From assembly GCF_006345805.1 (NCBI RefSeq), contig NC_043012.1:51956001-52020000 (forward strand): DNA of 64,000 bases. The letters run 5' to 3'. The notes beneath the pieces are model-generated. The model was not told where the DNA came from. It was given only the letters and a program-made list of their open reading frames with translations, and searched no databases. Source of the stretch: Octopus sinensis (taxonomy: Eukaryota). This document shows positions 26,861 through 40,492 of the stretch, one piece after another. Position numbers and translations under genes: made by a program. Position 1 is the stretch's first letter, and each line of letters opens with the position of its first letter.

Positions 26861-29276
26861 CATCGAAGTTACTATCAGTAATATTCTTGTTTAAAAATAA
26901 CAAATCTCTATTCTACAATAGTATAGAGAAATCCATAAGTTTAATTTTAAAATGTTTTTATTATCACTAGATATATAAACAAACAAACACACTCACAAGC
27001 ATATAACCTGCTCCGTCATGCAGAGCCTAATTTGGGTGATACATTTAACCTATCTAAGCAGTCAGCGGCTTACCAGCATCACTTGGCATATTGAATGATT
27101 TTTCGCAAGCGGGTGTCCTTACAGCGTAAATATTTGACACTGGTTAATCGCTTTATGTTAGGTGTTATCCTAACTATTTGCCTCTCCAAAAAGAGGCCTT
27201 GATACGGATCATAAGCTCTGATACACCCCAACCGCGATTTAACCTATAAACAATGTTGGGCATCAGTAACTTAACGTGGAAGTAGCTGAATATTTCAGTA
27301 CTTATTGAAATTCCGAAACCGAATCTGTGTCAAGCAAACTATAAATCCGAGCCTCTTTATCACTGATGCAGTTCATCTGTGAGTCTTCGACATTGTTTCT
27401 CTTAACCAAATTCCTTTCATTTGGATTCACTAACCTCATGTTCATGATCCTTGCCTAATGTGACAACCATGACAATCGAGCCAAAGAACCCATGATAGTT
27501 AGTCAAAGTACATGACCACACAGACACGTTCTGTGTCAATATATCCCCATAAACATGCAGTTATTGTATAACTTTTCGTCTTTAGGAATTAACGATTCGT
27601 TTTACGACTCACTTTTCTCTTTCTGTGCAAACATCCGTACATGTATACACATTTATTTAAATATAAATGAGTAAAGTAAAACAAAAAGTTAATTATTTAG
27701 CCTTGATTTGTTAGCAACTGGCAGAGAAATAATAAACACTCCAACATCCCAGAGCAGAAATCATCAATTATACAACATATAAATATATGTTGGCAAAACT
27801 CCCTCATCATAAGCATAATCTCATGCAAGCTTGAATGCTATTGAATGTTAGGTAGTAAGATAGTTTTAGCTCTTTAACCCAATGTCATCCCGATCCCGAT
27901 CGCGTTGAATCATGATCAAAATTATTCCAACTGTAACGATTCTTTGTTTCCAAGGAGTGTAACGATGACTATTTTAAAACAACAGGTCCTGGTCTTTTAT
28001 AAAAACAATTTCACCGTTTCATTCTAGTATGTCCAGCAACTACAGCCTGACGTCTTCGCAGTCGAGTCGGAAAGATTAGTAATATCTTTTGGTAAAGGTC
28101 TATTTGAAATCGCAGCTATGGCATCATCAGATCACACTGTAACGTACTAGAGAAGGAAAAGATCCATTAGGTAATCCAGCCCTTCATATTTCCGATGCAC
28201 AGAGCTGCAGTGCTTTCGAACAAATGCCTGCTACATCGTAGTTGGTTGAGGATTAAAGGAAACAAAAAAAAAACGTATGTATATTTACGTTATGGTTCAG
28301 TAAGAAATCATAGGCATTCGTTCGGCTTTGTTAGAAAGAACAGCCTAAGCGGTCTCGTTTCAGATACAACCACCATACATTGACAATCATATATATTAAC
28401 CGTTGATATGTAAATCTAAGTTTAGGCGAGACGAAATCGTATATGATTATACATATGTTTAATGAGAGTTGCCAAAAGTCTAAACAACATCGCATTTGGC
28501 TATGTTAAAATATGTATATTTTATATATCAAATGTAAGCTTCATTATATATACAATAAATATGGAAAATATTCACCATTTTAATAAGTTTCTTAGAATTT
28601 AAAATAGTAACAATCTCATGGAACCAAAATAGTGCAGAAAAGTCATCTGCATACTAAATAATCATAGGGTCGCAGACATTTGATATAACGATTACAAAAC
28701 TGCGAATTATTAGGAGTATTCAAAATAATTGTAGCTAAAAATTACGGAGATGTATTTGTATAGCAAGTGACCTGATCTGAGATCGTGAGCTGGAACGAAA
28801 ATAATTGCAGCGTGGAACGTGTTTATAAGCCATTTAAGAAAAACACAAAATCCTTTAGATTCACTTCAACATTTAAACTTAATTTGTCAAAATATTTTCG
28901 TTGCCTTGAAACCGCGACCTGTGCCCTGACAAAATTCCGTGCTAAAAACATTTATTGAAATGGGAAAGCAGAACTTTTCTTCAATGTAAAAAATAACGCG
29001 AAACTTGTTTTCTTCGAACACCGTGGTGAAGCACAATAGACAATATCAGATTTAATCTATATCTACACACACCGACAAACACACAAAAACACATAATACA
29101 TTTGTATATATGGACATCCAAGGTACAGGATACTTATATATACACAATTCTGCTTACATAATGGAACTGCAGATATATTATCCTTACGTATCTCATGTCT
29201 GTATTCATTCCTCAACTTCGCTCCATATTTCATATCTTCTCTATAAATAACTACTACTTAAACATTTTCTCACAAC

Positions 29277-29324
29277 GTCTCTGATGATGGGATATATAAA
29301 ATATCCTGGAAACAGCTGTAAGAC
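29277..29324 (+). ncRNA. Minimal type I hammerhead ribozyme
   Basis: Stem I GUCU/AGAC; CUGAUGA; 8-bp stem II UGGGAUAU/AUAUCCUG; GAAAC-AGCU-GUA (palindromic stem III ACAGCUGU); cleavage triplet GUA. Confidence 0.7.
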
Positions 29325-29402
29325 CTCTTTATAAATATTCTGAAAACTATTCACAGCCTTGGATTTTTATCGCATTCTATTAATTTATACACACACACAC
29401 AC

Positions 29403-29433
<31 letters not shown>

Positions 29434-30388
29434 GTAGCCCATCTCGAAGCCACTGATATAATCATTTTAATGATTATATATTCAGTTTATAAATATATAT
29501 GTATGTGTGTATGTATGTATGTATGTATAGTATATGGTATTGCTTCAACGAGTAGAAAAGCACTCGGTCAGTTAGAGTGTACAGATACCATGCGAATGCC
29601 ATGATGTTGATTATATATTTCGACAATATATCTAATGGATAAAATCTGCTCCGTTTTTGCAACCTTTGTGCTTTTCGAAAATTCCAATTAATTGATTTTA
29701 TTAGTTTTATCTACGTTGGTTCAGTTTTCTTTTCTTTCTTTTTTTTTTTCGTACATGTTAAACACCTCCCTTGAAGAACTATTTGTCAACTCATTGCATG
29801 GATAGACATAATTAATCGAAATTTTTCTTTACGTTGAATTAGATTTGTGAGGCCCTACTGTAGAGCTATTTTAAACTGGTGAATGATTTTGAACAAAATA
29901 CTCATACATAGTGATAATTCATACTGTATGACAAAACCCCAAAAGTTTTTGATCCGAGAATTGATGAAATATTTTTAACATATTTAATTACTGTCAAATT
30001 TATGATTTATGTTTATAGTTTTGCACATAACCCAGCACACGGACATCTCATAATCATATACACTGATATAACACACAACCACTAAAATATATATGGGGAA
30101 TTGTAATTGGTTAGATCAAATACACACTTCACTAGAATTTTTTGTTATATCTGTATGTGTAGATAATACTTTATTTTCGTAAAAGAAATATGTATTAGGA
30201 TTTTTCGATTCCAAATCAAATGTATACAAAAGAGTCTGGTTGCTTTTAAATATAGAATTTTCAAGACGACTTGATTCAATTGTATGTGGCTACTTTGATC
30301 GTAGAATTCGATTTGCATTGCTGTGGTGGTTATTGTTGCATTTCGTAAATTAAGAATTGTATTATATCCAAGCTATATATTGTTACAG

Positions 30389-30510
30389 CCTGCTATGTAT
30401 AGTCAAGTAATGCTTACTCAAACACAAGCACATAAAATTATTGGTAAATTACTCAAACAATATCCGATAATATTTCATGCAAAAATCAACTTATGGCATA
30501 CAGTAAAATT
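30389..30510 (+). CDS. Candidate 122-nt exon PAMYSQVMLTQTQAHKIIGKLLKQYPIIFHAKINLWHTVK
   Basis: Acceptor tattgttacag, donor TT|gtgagt, stop-free. Confidence 0.2.
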
Positions 30511-31196
30511 GTGAGTCGGTAATATAACTGGAACGTGCTTAGAGTGAACATATAATTCAGCTTCAATTTTGGCAGAAAGTTGCTTTGCATAGATTTCTTT
30601 ATATTTTAGTCATGCTATATTATGTTTTGAACGATATTTCTTTGTCTATTTGGGTCAACAATATAAATACTAAAGACCACAGTCACAAGTTCTCACGTTT
30701 GTAAGGGAATGGTTGTAGCTAAATTCGTGTACTAACACCGTCGTTTAAGCGTCGTCACAACTGATCGGGTAAAGCTAAATGCTATGCAGCGAGATAGAAT
30801 CGGTTATTGTTCGCTTCATTCGATGCAAAAAGTTAACGTGACATGAAAAGCTTTGCTGATGCAATTGTTCACCATCAGAACGAAGAACATCGCTTATCAG
30901 TGCAGATCTTAATCTCATGAAATAAAAATACTGCTATTGAGCATTTAACTAAATTGGTACTCATTCATGTTGAATTTGTGACGCATTAAAAATTGAGAAA
31001 CACGGGAGTAAGTGACAGAATCATGTAAAATAACAATATTTCAAAGCAAAGATATCGAAAGGCGAAAATTTTGTTTATTCTTGTTAATTACAATTCTGAA
31101 AGACAAAATTCTGAATAACCTTGCTTTTTAAGACGCGCACATTCTAAGAGTTTGTTACGAATCTTTTAATTTATAGAGTTACTCTTTTTTTTAATC

Positions 31197-31405
31197 TTTT
31201 ACTTGTTTCATTCATTTGACTGTGGCCATGCTGGAGTACCGCCTTTAGTCCTGCAAATCGACCGCAGGATTTATTCTTTGTAATCCTAGTACTTATTCTA
31301 TCGGCCTCTTTTGCTGAACCGCTAATTTACAGGGACGTAAACACACCAGCATCGGTTGTCAAGCGATGTTGGGAGAAGGAGACAAATACAGACACACAAA
31401 CATAA

Positions 31406-31445
<40 letters not shown>

Positions 31446-31607
31446 GCATATATACGACGGGCTTCTTTCAGGTTCTGGCTACCAAATCCACTCACAAGGC
31501 TTTGGTCGGCCCGAGGCTATAGTAGAAGACACTTGCCCAAGGTGTCACGCAGCAGGACTGAACTCGAAACCGTGTGGTTCGTAACCAAGCTACTTACCAC
31601 ACAGCCA
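31197..31607 (-). mobile_element. SINE group A, near full length
   Basis: Reverse complement aligns with the 14854 and 39122 copies. Confidence 0.92.
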
Positions 31608-32155
31608 GAACTCTTAGCAAAGGATAGCTAGAGACCGATTAATAGCCAGTGATCCAGGTACGAATGAAACTATTTGCTGTACCAATGAGCAATATTATAC
31701 TAGTCTTGTATGCTTTTTTCCTTTTTCCTCAAAGAAAATTAATGAAGGCCAATTATTCTAGATTGCATAAATGGATATGAGAAAGCATCTAGTCTTCAGA
31801 GTTGCATTGATATACAGTAGATTGTCAAGGACTCGAAATCTCACTTGTCTATCTAAGAAATAAAGAATAAGAAATTATGATCCAAAAGAAATACTAGGGA
31901 ACGAGAAAATGGTTTGCAGCACGCCTGCTTTATGATTGCAAAGAAAAAAAACAAAAGAAAAGAAATTCGAGTGATAGCTTAAGAAATTAGTTAAACTAGT
32001 GATAAAGATCATCACCTGCAGTTTGGCATGTGAAGTTCATAAATTATATATGGAAACACACGCACACTGTATGAAAATAACACTAATTTTATACTGTACT
32101 ACTGGGCAATTTGTAGACATTTATATCCATACACACACACATATAAATCTATCTA

Positions 32156-32191
<36 letters not shown>

Positions 32192-32196
<5 letters not shown>

Positions 32197-32803
32197 GTCG
32201 TATACCGTCAACTGAATGTGACAGTCCCGTAAGGGAATTACACCACCGCCATTTAGCCCTAGGGAACATCGACGTCTCCTGTCGGCTTTGACACATTTTC
32301 TGCACCTTATATTTGCAAAGGGGAGGCAATCACCCCTGCAAGCCGGGACAAGGCACCTGAAGACATATGTTTCTGAGTGTATTGCTCATCGTCAGTTAAG
32401 GGTAGCCTGTCTAGCTCGCTGAGATGACCGCAACCTCTCTGCAAATATATCATATTATCAGTAAAATTTATTTACTGATCACCGAAATTAGAAATATTGA
32501 ATTTCCAAATGTCTCAGAGAGACATAAGCGGTGGTGAAGCGATATAGTGGTCGTATACTGTCAACTCAATGTGACAGTCCCGTACAGGAATTACACCACC
32601 GCCATTTAGCCTCCCCCTTGCAAATATAAGGACAGAGAAAATGTGTCAAACCCGACAGGAGAAGTCGATGTTTCCTAGGGCTAAATGGCGGTGGTGTAAT
32701 TCCTTTACGGGTATGTCACATTGAGTTGACAGTATACGACCACTATATCGCTTCACCACCGCTTATTTCTCTCTGGGATATTTAGAATTTCAATATTTCT
32801 AAT
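32192..32803 (-). mobile_element. Hammerhead-containing non-autonomous retroelement (retrozyme/PLE-like) with 353-bp period and inverted end
   Basis: Direct repeat 32192-32258 / 32545-32611; 125-bp inverted arms 32487-32611 / 32679-32803; (TA)n on both flanks; hammerhead inside. Confidence 0.7.
32356..32401 (-). ncRNA. Minimal type I hammerhead ribozyme
   Basis: Minus strand CCUUAA-CUGACGA-UGAG(CAAUACA)CUCA-GAAAC-AUAU-GUC-UUCAGG; stem I 5 of 6 bp; palindromic ACAUAUGU; cleavage triplet GUC. Confidence 0.75.
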
Positions 32804-32850
32804 ATATATATATAATATAATATATATAATTATATATATATATATATATA

Positions 32851-33043
32851 TAGTTGATCCAAACATGAAAACACAACGAGAAAACACAACAACGCGAGGA
32901 CGTGGAACAAATATAGTATTATTGGACGCTCAGGAAGGAGGAAAGACGGAGAGCTTAACGTTTCGAGGTGAGCTCTTCTCAGAAACATAGGAAAAGGAAA
33001 GATCCAAAGAACGGAAGACGGAGGAAAAAATCGACAACCGATA
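32851..33043 (-). mobile_element. Hammerhead-family repeat (copy of 60135-60358) with a 1-nt deletion in the core
   Basis: Minus strand gttt-ctgaga-agagctcacctc-gaaacgtt-aagc; flanked by (TA)n. Confidence 0.75.
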
Positions 33044-33059
33044 TATGTATATATACATA

Positions 33060-33108
<49 letters not shown>

Positions 33109-33494
33109 ATATACACCTTTTATTTATATATATATACATATATATTCTTTTTTTTTTTTACATGCTGGAGCACCTTTTATATATATATATATATAATATA
33201 TATATATATTATAATATATATATATATATATGCATACATCTTTTCATTTGTCTTGCTCGCTTACGTTCTGGCGTATGCTGAATTTTCTTGAGAACAATCG
33301 TTTCTTAGTGGTGAGACCATATTGGATGTCCCGTTAGAGGTCATCCCTCTTATATGTATGCAATATAATTTTTCTGAATCTTCAGATTTTCTCAGTATAC
33401 TAGGCCACTGATTTGAAATTTATATTAATCTAATTAATATTCAATTTTTCACCCCTATTATTTAAATTTATATATACACATTAACATATATTTA

Positions 33495-33656
33495 GGCGCA
33501 GGAGTGGCTGTGTGGTAAGTAGCTTGCTTACCAACCACATGGTTCCGGGTTCAATCCCTCTGCGTGGCATCTTGGGCAAGTGTCTTCTGCTATAGCCTTG
33601 GGCCGACTAATGCCTTGTGAGTGGATTTGGTAGACGGAAACTGAAAGAAGCCTGTC

Positions 33657-33716
<60 letters not shown>

Positions 33717-33925
33717 GTGTGTATATGTTTATGTGTCTGTGTTTGTCCCCCTACCATCGCTTGACACCCGACGCTGGTGTGTTTACGTCCCCGTCACCTA
33801 GCGGTTCGGCAAAAAGCGACCGATAGAATAAGTCCCGGGGTATATTTGCTCGACTAAAGGTGATGCTCCAGCATGGCCGCAGTCAAATGACTGAAACAAG
33901 TAAAAGAGAGAGAGAGTAAAGAGAG
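33495..33925 (+). mobile_element. SINE group A, full length
   Basis: Complete head, internal (TA)n, tail. Confidence 0.92.
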
Positions 33926-34490
33926 TATATATATGTCACCAAAGTGACAAAGTGCAGTAATCAACTCCACTTGTCAGTTTATATGATTTCCATTCAAATC
34001 ATCTCATGAAAGGTAAAGTGGAAATTATTAAAAATATCTGTGGCTAATTCACAATTTTACAACCTAAATGCAAAGATATATATGTCACTAAAGTATCAGT
34101 ATCAGTATTGCTAGAAATAACAGTCAAAACAGCGCAATAGTCACATTGCAGCACGTTCTTAATGACTGACGAGGGAGGAAAGCTCCCTACGGCAGCAGAT
34201 ATAGCCAGAACATCTAGTATTTCAAATTTTGATGCATAATGCATATTAATGCTCGTCGATAGCTCTCACCGCGCCTGGAGTTAAACTCAGTTGGCCTTGT
34301 CAGCTTATAAGATTTCCGTTGAAATTATACGCTGATTTCATAAAAGTGAAAATTATAAATTCTTCATCAGTTATCGAGTAATTGGTAACGTTCAGTTTCG
34401 CACCTTTAACCATCAGACTGAGTGATTTCCAATTGGCGGTGTCCGCAAAAATAGTTTGTTTTTATTCTAATTTGCAATCATTTCCACTAA

Positions 34491-34693
34491 AAGCACAAGG
34501 CGCGAAATTCTGGGGAGAGGAATGGTCGATTTCATCGACCACAGTGCTTCACTGGTACTTAATTTATTGACCCCAAAAAGATGAAAGGTAAAGTCGACCT
34601 CGGCGGAGTTCGAACTCAGAAAGTAAGAACGGAAGAAATACAGCTAAGCATTACTGCCCTGTGTGCAAACGTTTCTTTCAGCACATTGCCTTA
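34491..34693 (-). mobile_element. SINE group B (B2-type), degenerate
   Basis: Alignment to the B copies. Confidence 0.85.
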
Positions 34694-35394
34694 TTCTTAG
34701 GTATAATAAAAACAATTTTACATTAATATGAAATGCCACAAAACATTTTTGTTGAGTACAGATTTATTATCCATAAAAAAGAATGTTGTTGACTGTGAGT
34801 TCAAAGTTTCGGCCAGCTAAACCATCGTCGAGTCCGATGAAGGCTTAGTTAGTTAAATCTTCCGTGTCACTGTCAATATTATTCTTGTTTGAGTCAATGA
34901 AAATATACATAAATAGGTATCAAATATATGTGTGTGCACGCGCGTGCGTGTCTGTGTGTCTGTGCATACATTGTTATGTATATGAGTGTGCATGTCTTCA
35001 TCTGTGTATAGAGATACAGAGAAGGCAGGAGAAAGAGAGAGAATATCATAGCAAACATTTTGCACAATTCTTTACTCCATTCCGAAAACAAAACTTAAGA
35101 AGCAGTGACGCTTACACGCTCCTATATAGAACGTCTTCATACGCTGACATACGTGTGTAAAAGTCTGCGAAAGTATGCGAGAGTGTATGTGCGTGCAGTT
35201 TGGAGTGAATTTTCTAATTCTATATTCAACACAATTTCCCACGTTTCCTTATCGAATACTAATTTAATAAAATTCAGCATCATAATGATCATCACGATTG
35301 TGAAAATATTTCATAATCACTCAGACAAGCCCACGTGCATTTTCAGCTTCTGTCGCTGTCTTCGAGGTTGTATATTTTGTCTGTCTGTTCAACT

Positions 35395-35710
<316 letters not shown>

Positions 35711-37664
35711 AGACGCATATGAATGTGTTTATATATGAATATATATGTACGTAATCATATACATATATATATATATGTAGTTACATACATATATACGTAC
35801 ATGCATAACAACGTACGCACATACGGACATACGTACGTACATACGTAAGTGTATACATATACACGAGGCCGTTTGTCCTCCGTAAATTCGGAATGGAATT
35901 ACACACATTTCCCCGTAATATACGCAAACAAAGGAAGACATATTTCGATGTAATTATATCAACTATAAAATATCATATTTATTAGATTCTACGAACTAAT
36001 TTAAATATAATTCAATTGCAGCATTTGTGAAAAAATTGGTATGTCGTAATTGTTGATTATTTTTCCAGTATATTCAGAACTTTAATTATTTTTATATTAG
36101 TTATTTAATAAATATGGTCACTGAACTTATTAGTGGATGTGAAATGAGCAATTTTTGATGGAGAGGCGGTAGAGCCACATATAAATTGGTGACAATTGAA
36201 GGTTGAACACTAGTCGTGATCTACTTCGGTTTAAGTAATATTGTTGACACTATGATTACACCACGATTTATGAAGATGCAATGTTTTTTTTTATATTACA
36301 CACTGTGGAAATTTGCAATGGAGCTTTGCAGTTGTAATATACATTTGAGGAGAATGTTATAATAGACATCGAAGACAAATCGACGATAGAAGATCTGCAA
36401 CTGACTAAATGTAAAATGCATTTTAGTCGTGTTTATATGCCAAAATCTTACCCTCATCCAAGCTATAATGCACCACAAAACAACATACTTGAAATTCAGT
36501 TAGAAAGAAGCAACATGAAGTTTCAATTCATCTGAAGACATATTTGGACTGTAGATGTTTTGGACAATCTGGGTTCTTGTTATGGAGTAATCGCTTTCTG
36601 TGAGTGGTCTTTGAATATGCTATATATTATAATAGTATGTCATTAGTTTTCATGCACAGGACAAGCTAATGCAATTATCAACAGCAAAACTAATGTGCAA
36701 CGTAGTAACTGCCATAATTCAATTGTGTACCATTCGGAAAGATCTGAGATGAAGCTAAATGACGTATTTCTTAGACGCTCTGTCCAACAAGATTCTTGTT
36801 TAAAATACTTGGGTTGAGAAAATTTCGTGGAACTATTGGTAGAGAATAAATCCGATTAGTGAAATTATCTGAAATTTTGAAATATAAAATGAAATCTTAT
36901 GCTGCTGCTTTATCTATTACAAATACCAGCGTATTTCTCATTAATATACCTTGATGTTTTAGTCAAGAAAATAAGGTTTCGAATGATATCGTCAGAGATA
37001 TGTAATACACCCGAGTGCATGAGCAAAGTTGACTGCTCAGCTAAGTTTCACCTGTCACTAAGCAATAGCAATAAGTACTACCAACTCGGGGGAACACAAG
37101 TGAACCCTTCTTGTCAATCGATAAATTAGAGTTGAACAATAAAAAGTTGACCACGTCAGGTGATTGTGTTCTTAACAGTATCTACTTGATTGTGTTGACT
37201 TTTCAGTTTACCACAGCCAGCAGCTACAATATATAACCAATAATGAGGTACTGGTTTAAAGAGGAAAACTGGTGGTTTTTGCATGTAAGCGGAGGGAAAA
37301 AATTATATGAAAATGTTATTAAAATATTCTGTCTAGTAACTATACATATAAATATTGGCTTCAATTTTCGAACAGAGCCAGCAATTTCGGAGAATATATC
37401 GCCCACACGTATGTGTGTGCGTAAATATATATACACACGCATACACACATATACACAAACATACATATACACACACACACACATATATATATATATACAT
37501 ATATTTATACATTTGTTTATATATTTATTCATTCAATTATTTATTTATTTATTTATTCATACAAGGCTGTATTTACATTCTCAATATAAGAAGGCAAGTT
37601 TTCCAAATGCATAAACAATGACATAAGTACTACAAAGAAATCATTTTTGTTAACACGTGGTAAC

Positions 37665-37673
37665 TATTATCAC

Positions 37674-37731
<58 letters not shown>

Positions 37732-37733
37732 TT

Positions 37734-37770
<37 letters not shown>

Positions 37771-37771
37771 A

Positions 37772-37815
<44 letters not shown>

Positions 37816-37822
37816 TATTATT
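37665..37822 (+). repeat. (TAT)n microsatellite with a poly-T interruption
   Basis: Direct reading. Confidence 0.95.
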
Positions 37823-38390
37823 ATGTTTAGTACTGTAAATAGTAGTTCAGCAACCATATTGAGAAAATATCACACAAATAAAAATAGTTGGCTAACGAAT
37901 AACTCCGATACGTGCTGTATCCTACTTATCGTTGCTTGTTAGTGAACCTTAAATGTTCTCAACATAAAAGCAAAGAGCACATTGAGCGAACAAAACAGCG
38001 CACATCTGCCAAGCATTTGATAATTTTCCAGATAATGGACATAATAACTTCTCACTTTGACAAAAACTATCATTGTCCTTACACAAACATTATACTAGTG
38101 TATTATGCGTTAGCTTTCATACTTGCCAACAAATGTTTTTGCTGAGTAGATGATAGTATATTCTTAAGTATCAACATGTTCCAAATAATTTTTTTCTTCC
38201 TGACAAATTGCAATACTTGCGACATGCTATTCGCAATATGTCTTTGTGTGACTCTGGTTCTTTATGCACTTATATTTTTTCTTCGTATGCTTAACGAAAA
38301 TTGTGTATTTTATCAATTGTAACGGAAGAGTTGTATATAAGGTATATAGACTATAATCTATAATGCATGTGCGTATATAAATATATATAA

Positions 38391-38458
<68 letters not shown>

Positions 38459-38639
38459 GCACATATATATATACACACACATATATTATATATATATATA
38501 TGTGGTGTGTGTGTGTACATATGTACTATAGGCTATATAATTTGTAATACAACTCTTCCATAAATTTAAATAGATAGAATATATAATATTCGTTAAGCAT
38601 ATATATATATATACATGCATGCGTACATACATACACACA

Positions 38640-39292
38640 CGAGTGGCTGTGTAGTAAGTAGCTAACTTACCAACCATATGGTTCTGGGTTCAGTACCACT
38701 GCGTGGCACCTTGGAGCAAGTGGCTTCTACTATAGCCTTCGGGCCGACCAAAGCCTTGTGAGTGGATTTGGGAGATGGAAACTGAAAGAAGTCCGTCGTA
38801 TATATGTATATATGTATGTGTGTGTATATGAGTGTATGTCTGCGTTTTTCCGCCTCCACCATCGCATAACAACCGATGCTGATGTGTTTACATCCCCATA
38901 ACTTAGCGGTTCGGCAAAAGAGACCGATAGAATAAGTACTAAGCTTACAAAGGATAAGTCCTGGGATAGACTCGCTCGACTAAAGGCAATGCTCTAGCAT
39001 GGCCGCTGTCAAATGACTGAAACAAGTAAAATGGAGTAAAAGAGAATAAAAAGAGTGTAAAAGTATATATATATATATATATATATATATGTAAATATAT
39101 ATATACATACTTACACATACAGGCGCAGGAGTGGCTGTGTGGTAAGAGGCTTTCTTACCAACCACACAGTTCCGGGTTCAGTCCCACTGCGTGGCACCTT
39201 GGGCCAGTGTCTTCTACTATAGCCTCGGGCCGACCAAAGCCTTGTGAGTGGATTTGGTAGACGGAAACTGAAAGAAGCCCGTCGTATATATG

Positions 39293-39323
<31 letters not shown>

Positions 39324-39537
39324 TTGTGTGTCTGTGTTTGTCTCCTCAACATCGCTTGACAACCGATGCTGGTGTGTTTACGTCCCCGTTACTTAGCGGT
39401 TCGGCAAAAGAGACCGATCGGATAAGTACTGGGCTTACAAAGAATAAGTCTTGGGGTCGATTTGCTCGACTAAAAGGCGGTGCACAAGCATGGTTGCAGT
39501 CAAATGACTGAAACAAGTAAAAGAGAAAGAGAAAGAG
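38640..39537 (+). mobile_element. Two head-to-tail SINE A copies (38640-39056, 39122-39537)
   Basis: Two complete head-to-tail alignments separated by (TA)n. Confidence 0.92.
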
Positions 39538-39629
39538 AATACATACATACATACATACATATAGACAGATAGATAGACAGACAGACAGACAGATAGAGAG
39601 ATAGATAGATACAATGCTTTAAAGTAATA

Positions 39630-39860
39630 AGTACTGCAGTCCATTTGTCGACTAAAATTTTTTCTATGTGATGTTCCAGGATAGCATGGTCGCAGTGTAA
39701 TAACCGAAACAAGTAATATACACGACAGGATTTTCCACTTTCTGTCTAATAAATTCACTTACAGGGCTTTGGCTGTCTCTGGGTAATAGTAAGAGAGACT
39801 CGCTATGCAGTTTGACTGAACCTGGAACCATGCGACTGAGAAACGTTCCTAACAATTGTC
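39630..39860. mobile_element. Degenerate SINE A fragments (3' piece on +, 5' piece on -)
   Basis: gcatggtcgcagtgtaataaccgaaacaagtaa followed by a reverse-strand head-like sequence. Confidence 0.6.
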
Positions 39861-39926
39861 CTTCGTCACGATCTTAACTTTAAAAAAATGTAGGAGATTG
39901 AAAACGCGAGGAGATATCGCAATATA

Positions 39927-40492
39927 TTGGGTTGTCCGGAAAGTTCGTGCCAAATTTTATAAGATAGAAAAAGGTTAATAAATACTTGCCATTACATTTT
40001 TAATCAACCAAATATGAACCATTTTGTTGCACAATGCTTCTCCAACTTTTCTTTAACTTGAAAATACCCTCATCCCTGAATCGAGGTGGTTTCATGGCAA
40101 AGAATTCATCAAGGTATCTTTGTACGTCATCCAAGGAATTGAAATTTTTACCATTAAGACTATTCTGCAGAGACCTGAATAAGTGAAAATCCGAAGGAGC
40201 AATATCTGGTGAATATGGAGGGTGGGGTAACACATTCCAGCAGAGCTGCAGTAATTTTTGTCTGGTTTCCAAAGCATCAAGTGCCGAAAATGAACTTCGT
40301 TATCTTCCATTTTAAAGGGTTGCAGAATTAACACAGGTTATAGGAACATAAACATTTTTCCACGAAAAGATAGCTTAAGCTGTGCTCTGAATGGAGGTGC
40401 AGTCAAATCTTATTTTATGGACTCAACCATGTTCTAAAATAAGTTAAAAGGTAAGCTACTATAACGCTGTACGAACTTTCCGGACAGCCCAA
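39927..40492 (-). mobile_element. Internally deleted mariner transposon (mellifera-subfamily-like)
   Basis: TIRs ttgggttgtccggaaagttcgt / ttgggctgtccggaaagttcgt; TA TSDs at 39925-39926 and 40493-40494; N-terminus MEDNEVHFRHLML (ATG 40310) fused to ETRQKLLQLCWNVLPHPPYSPDIAPSDFHLFRSLQNSLNGKNF. Confidence 0.92.

Noticed and set aside
34160-34195. ctgacga-gggag(gaaag)ctccc hairpin
   Set aside because: No GAAA after the stem and no stem III, so it is not a hammerhead.
36899-37129. 76-aa ORF with a hydrophobic start and ICNTPEC motif (neprilysin-like or secreted peptide)
   Set aside because: A single short motif with no further M13 similarity; the length is within chance expectation.
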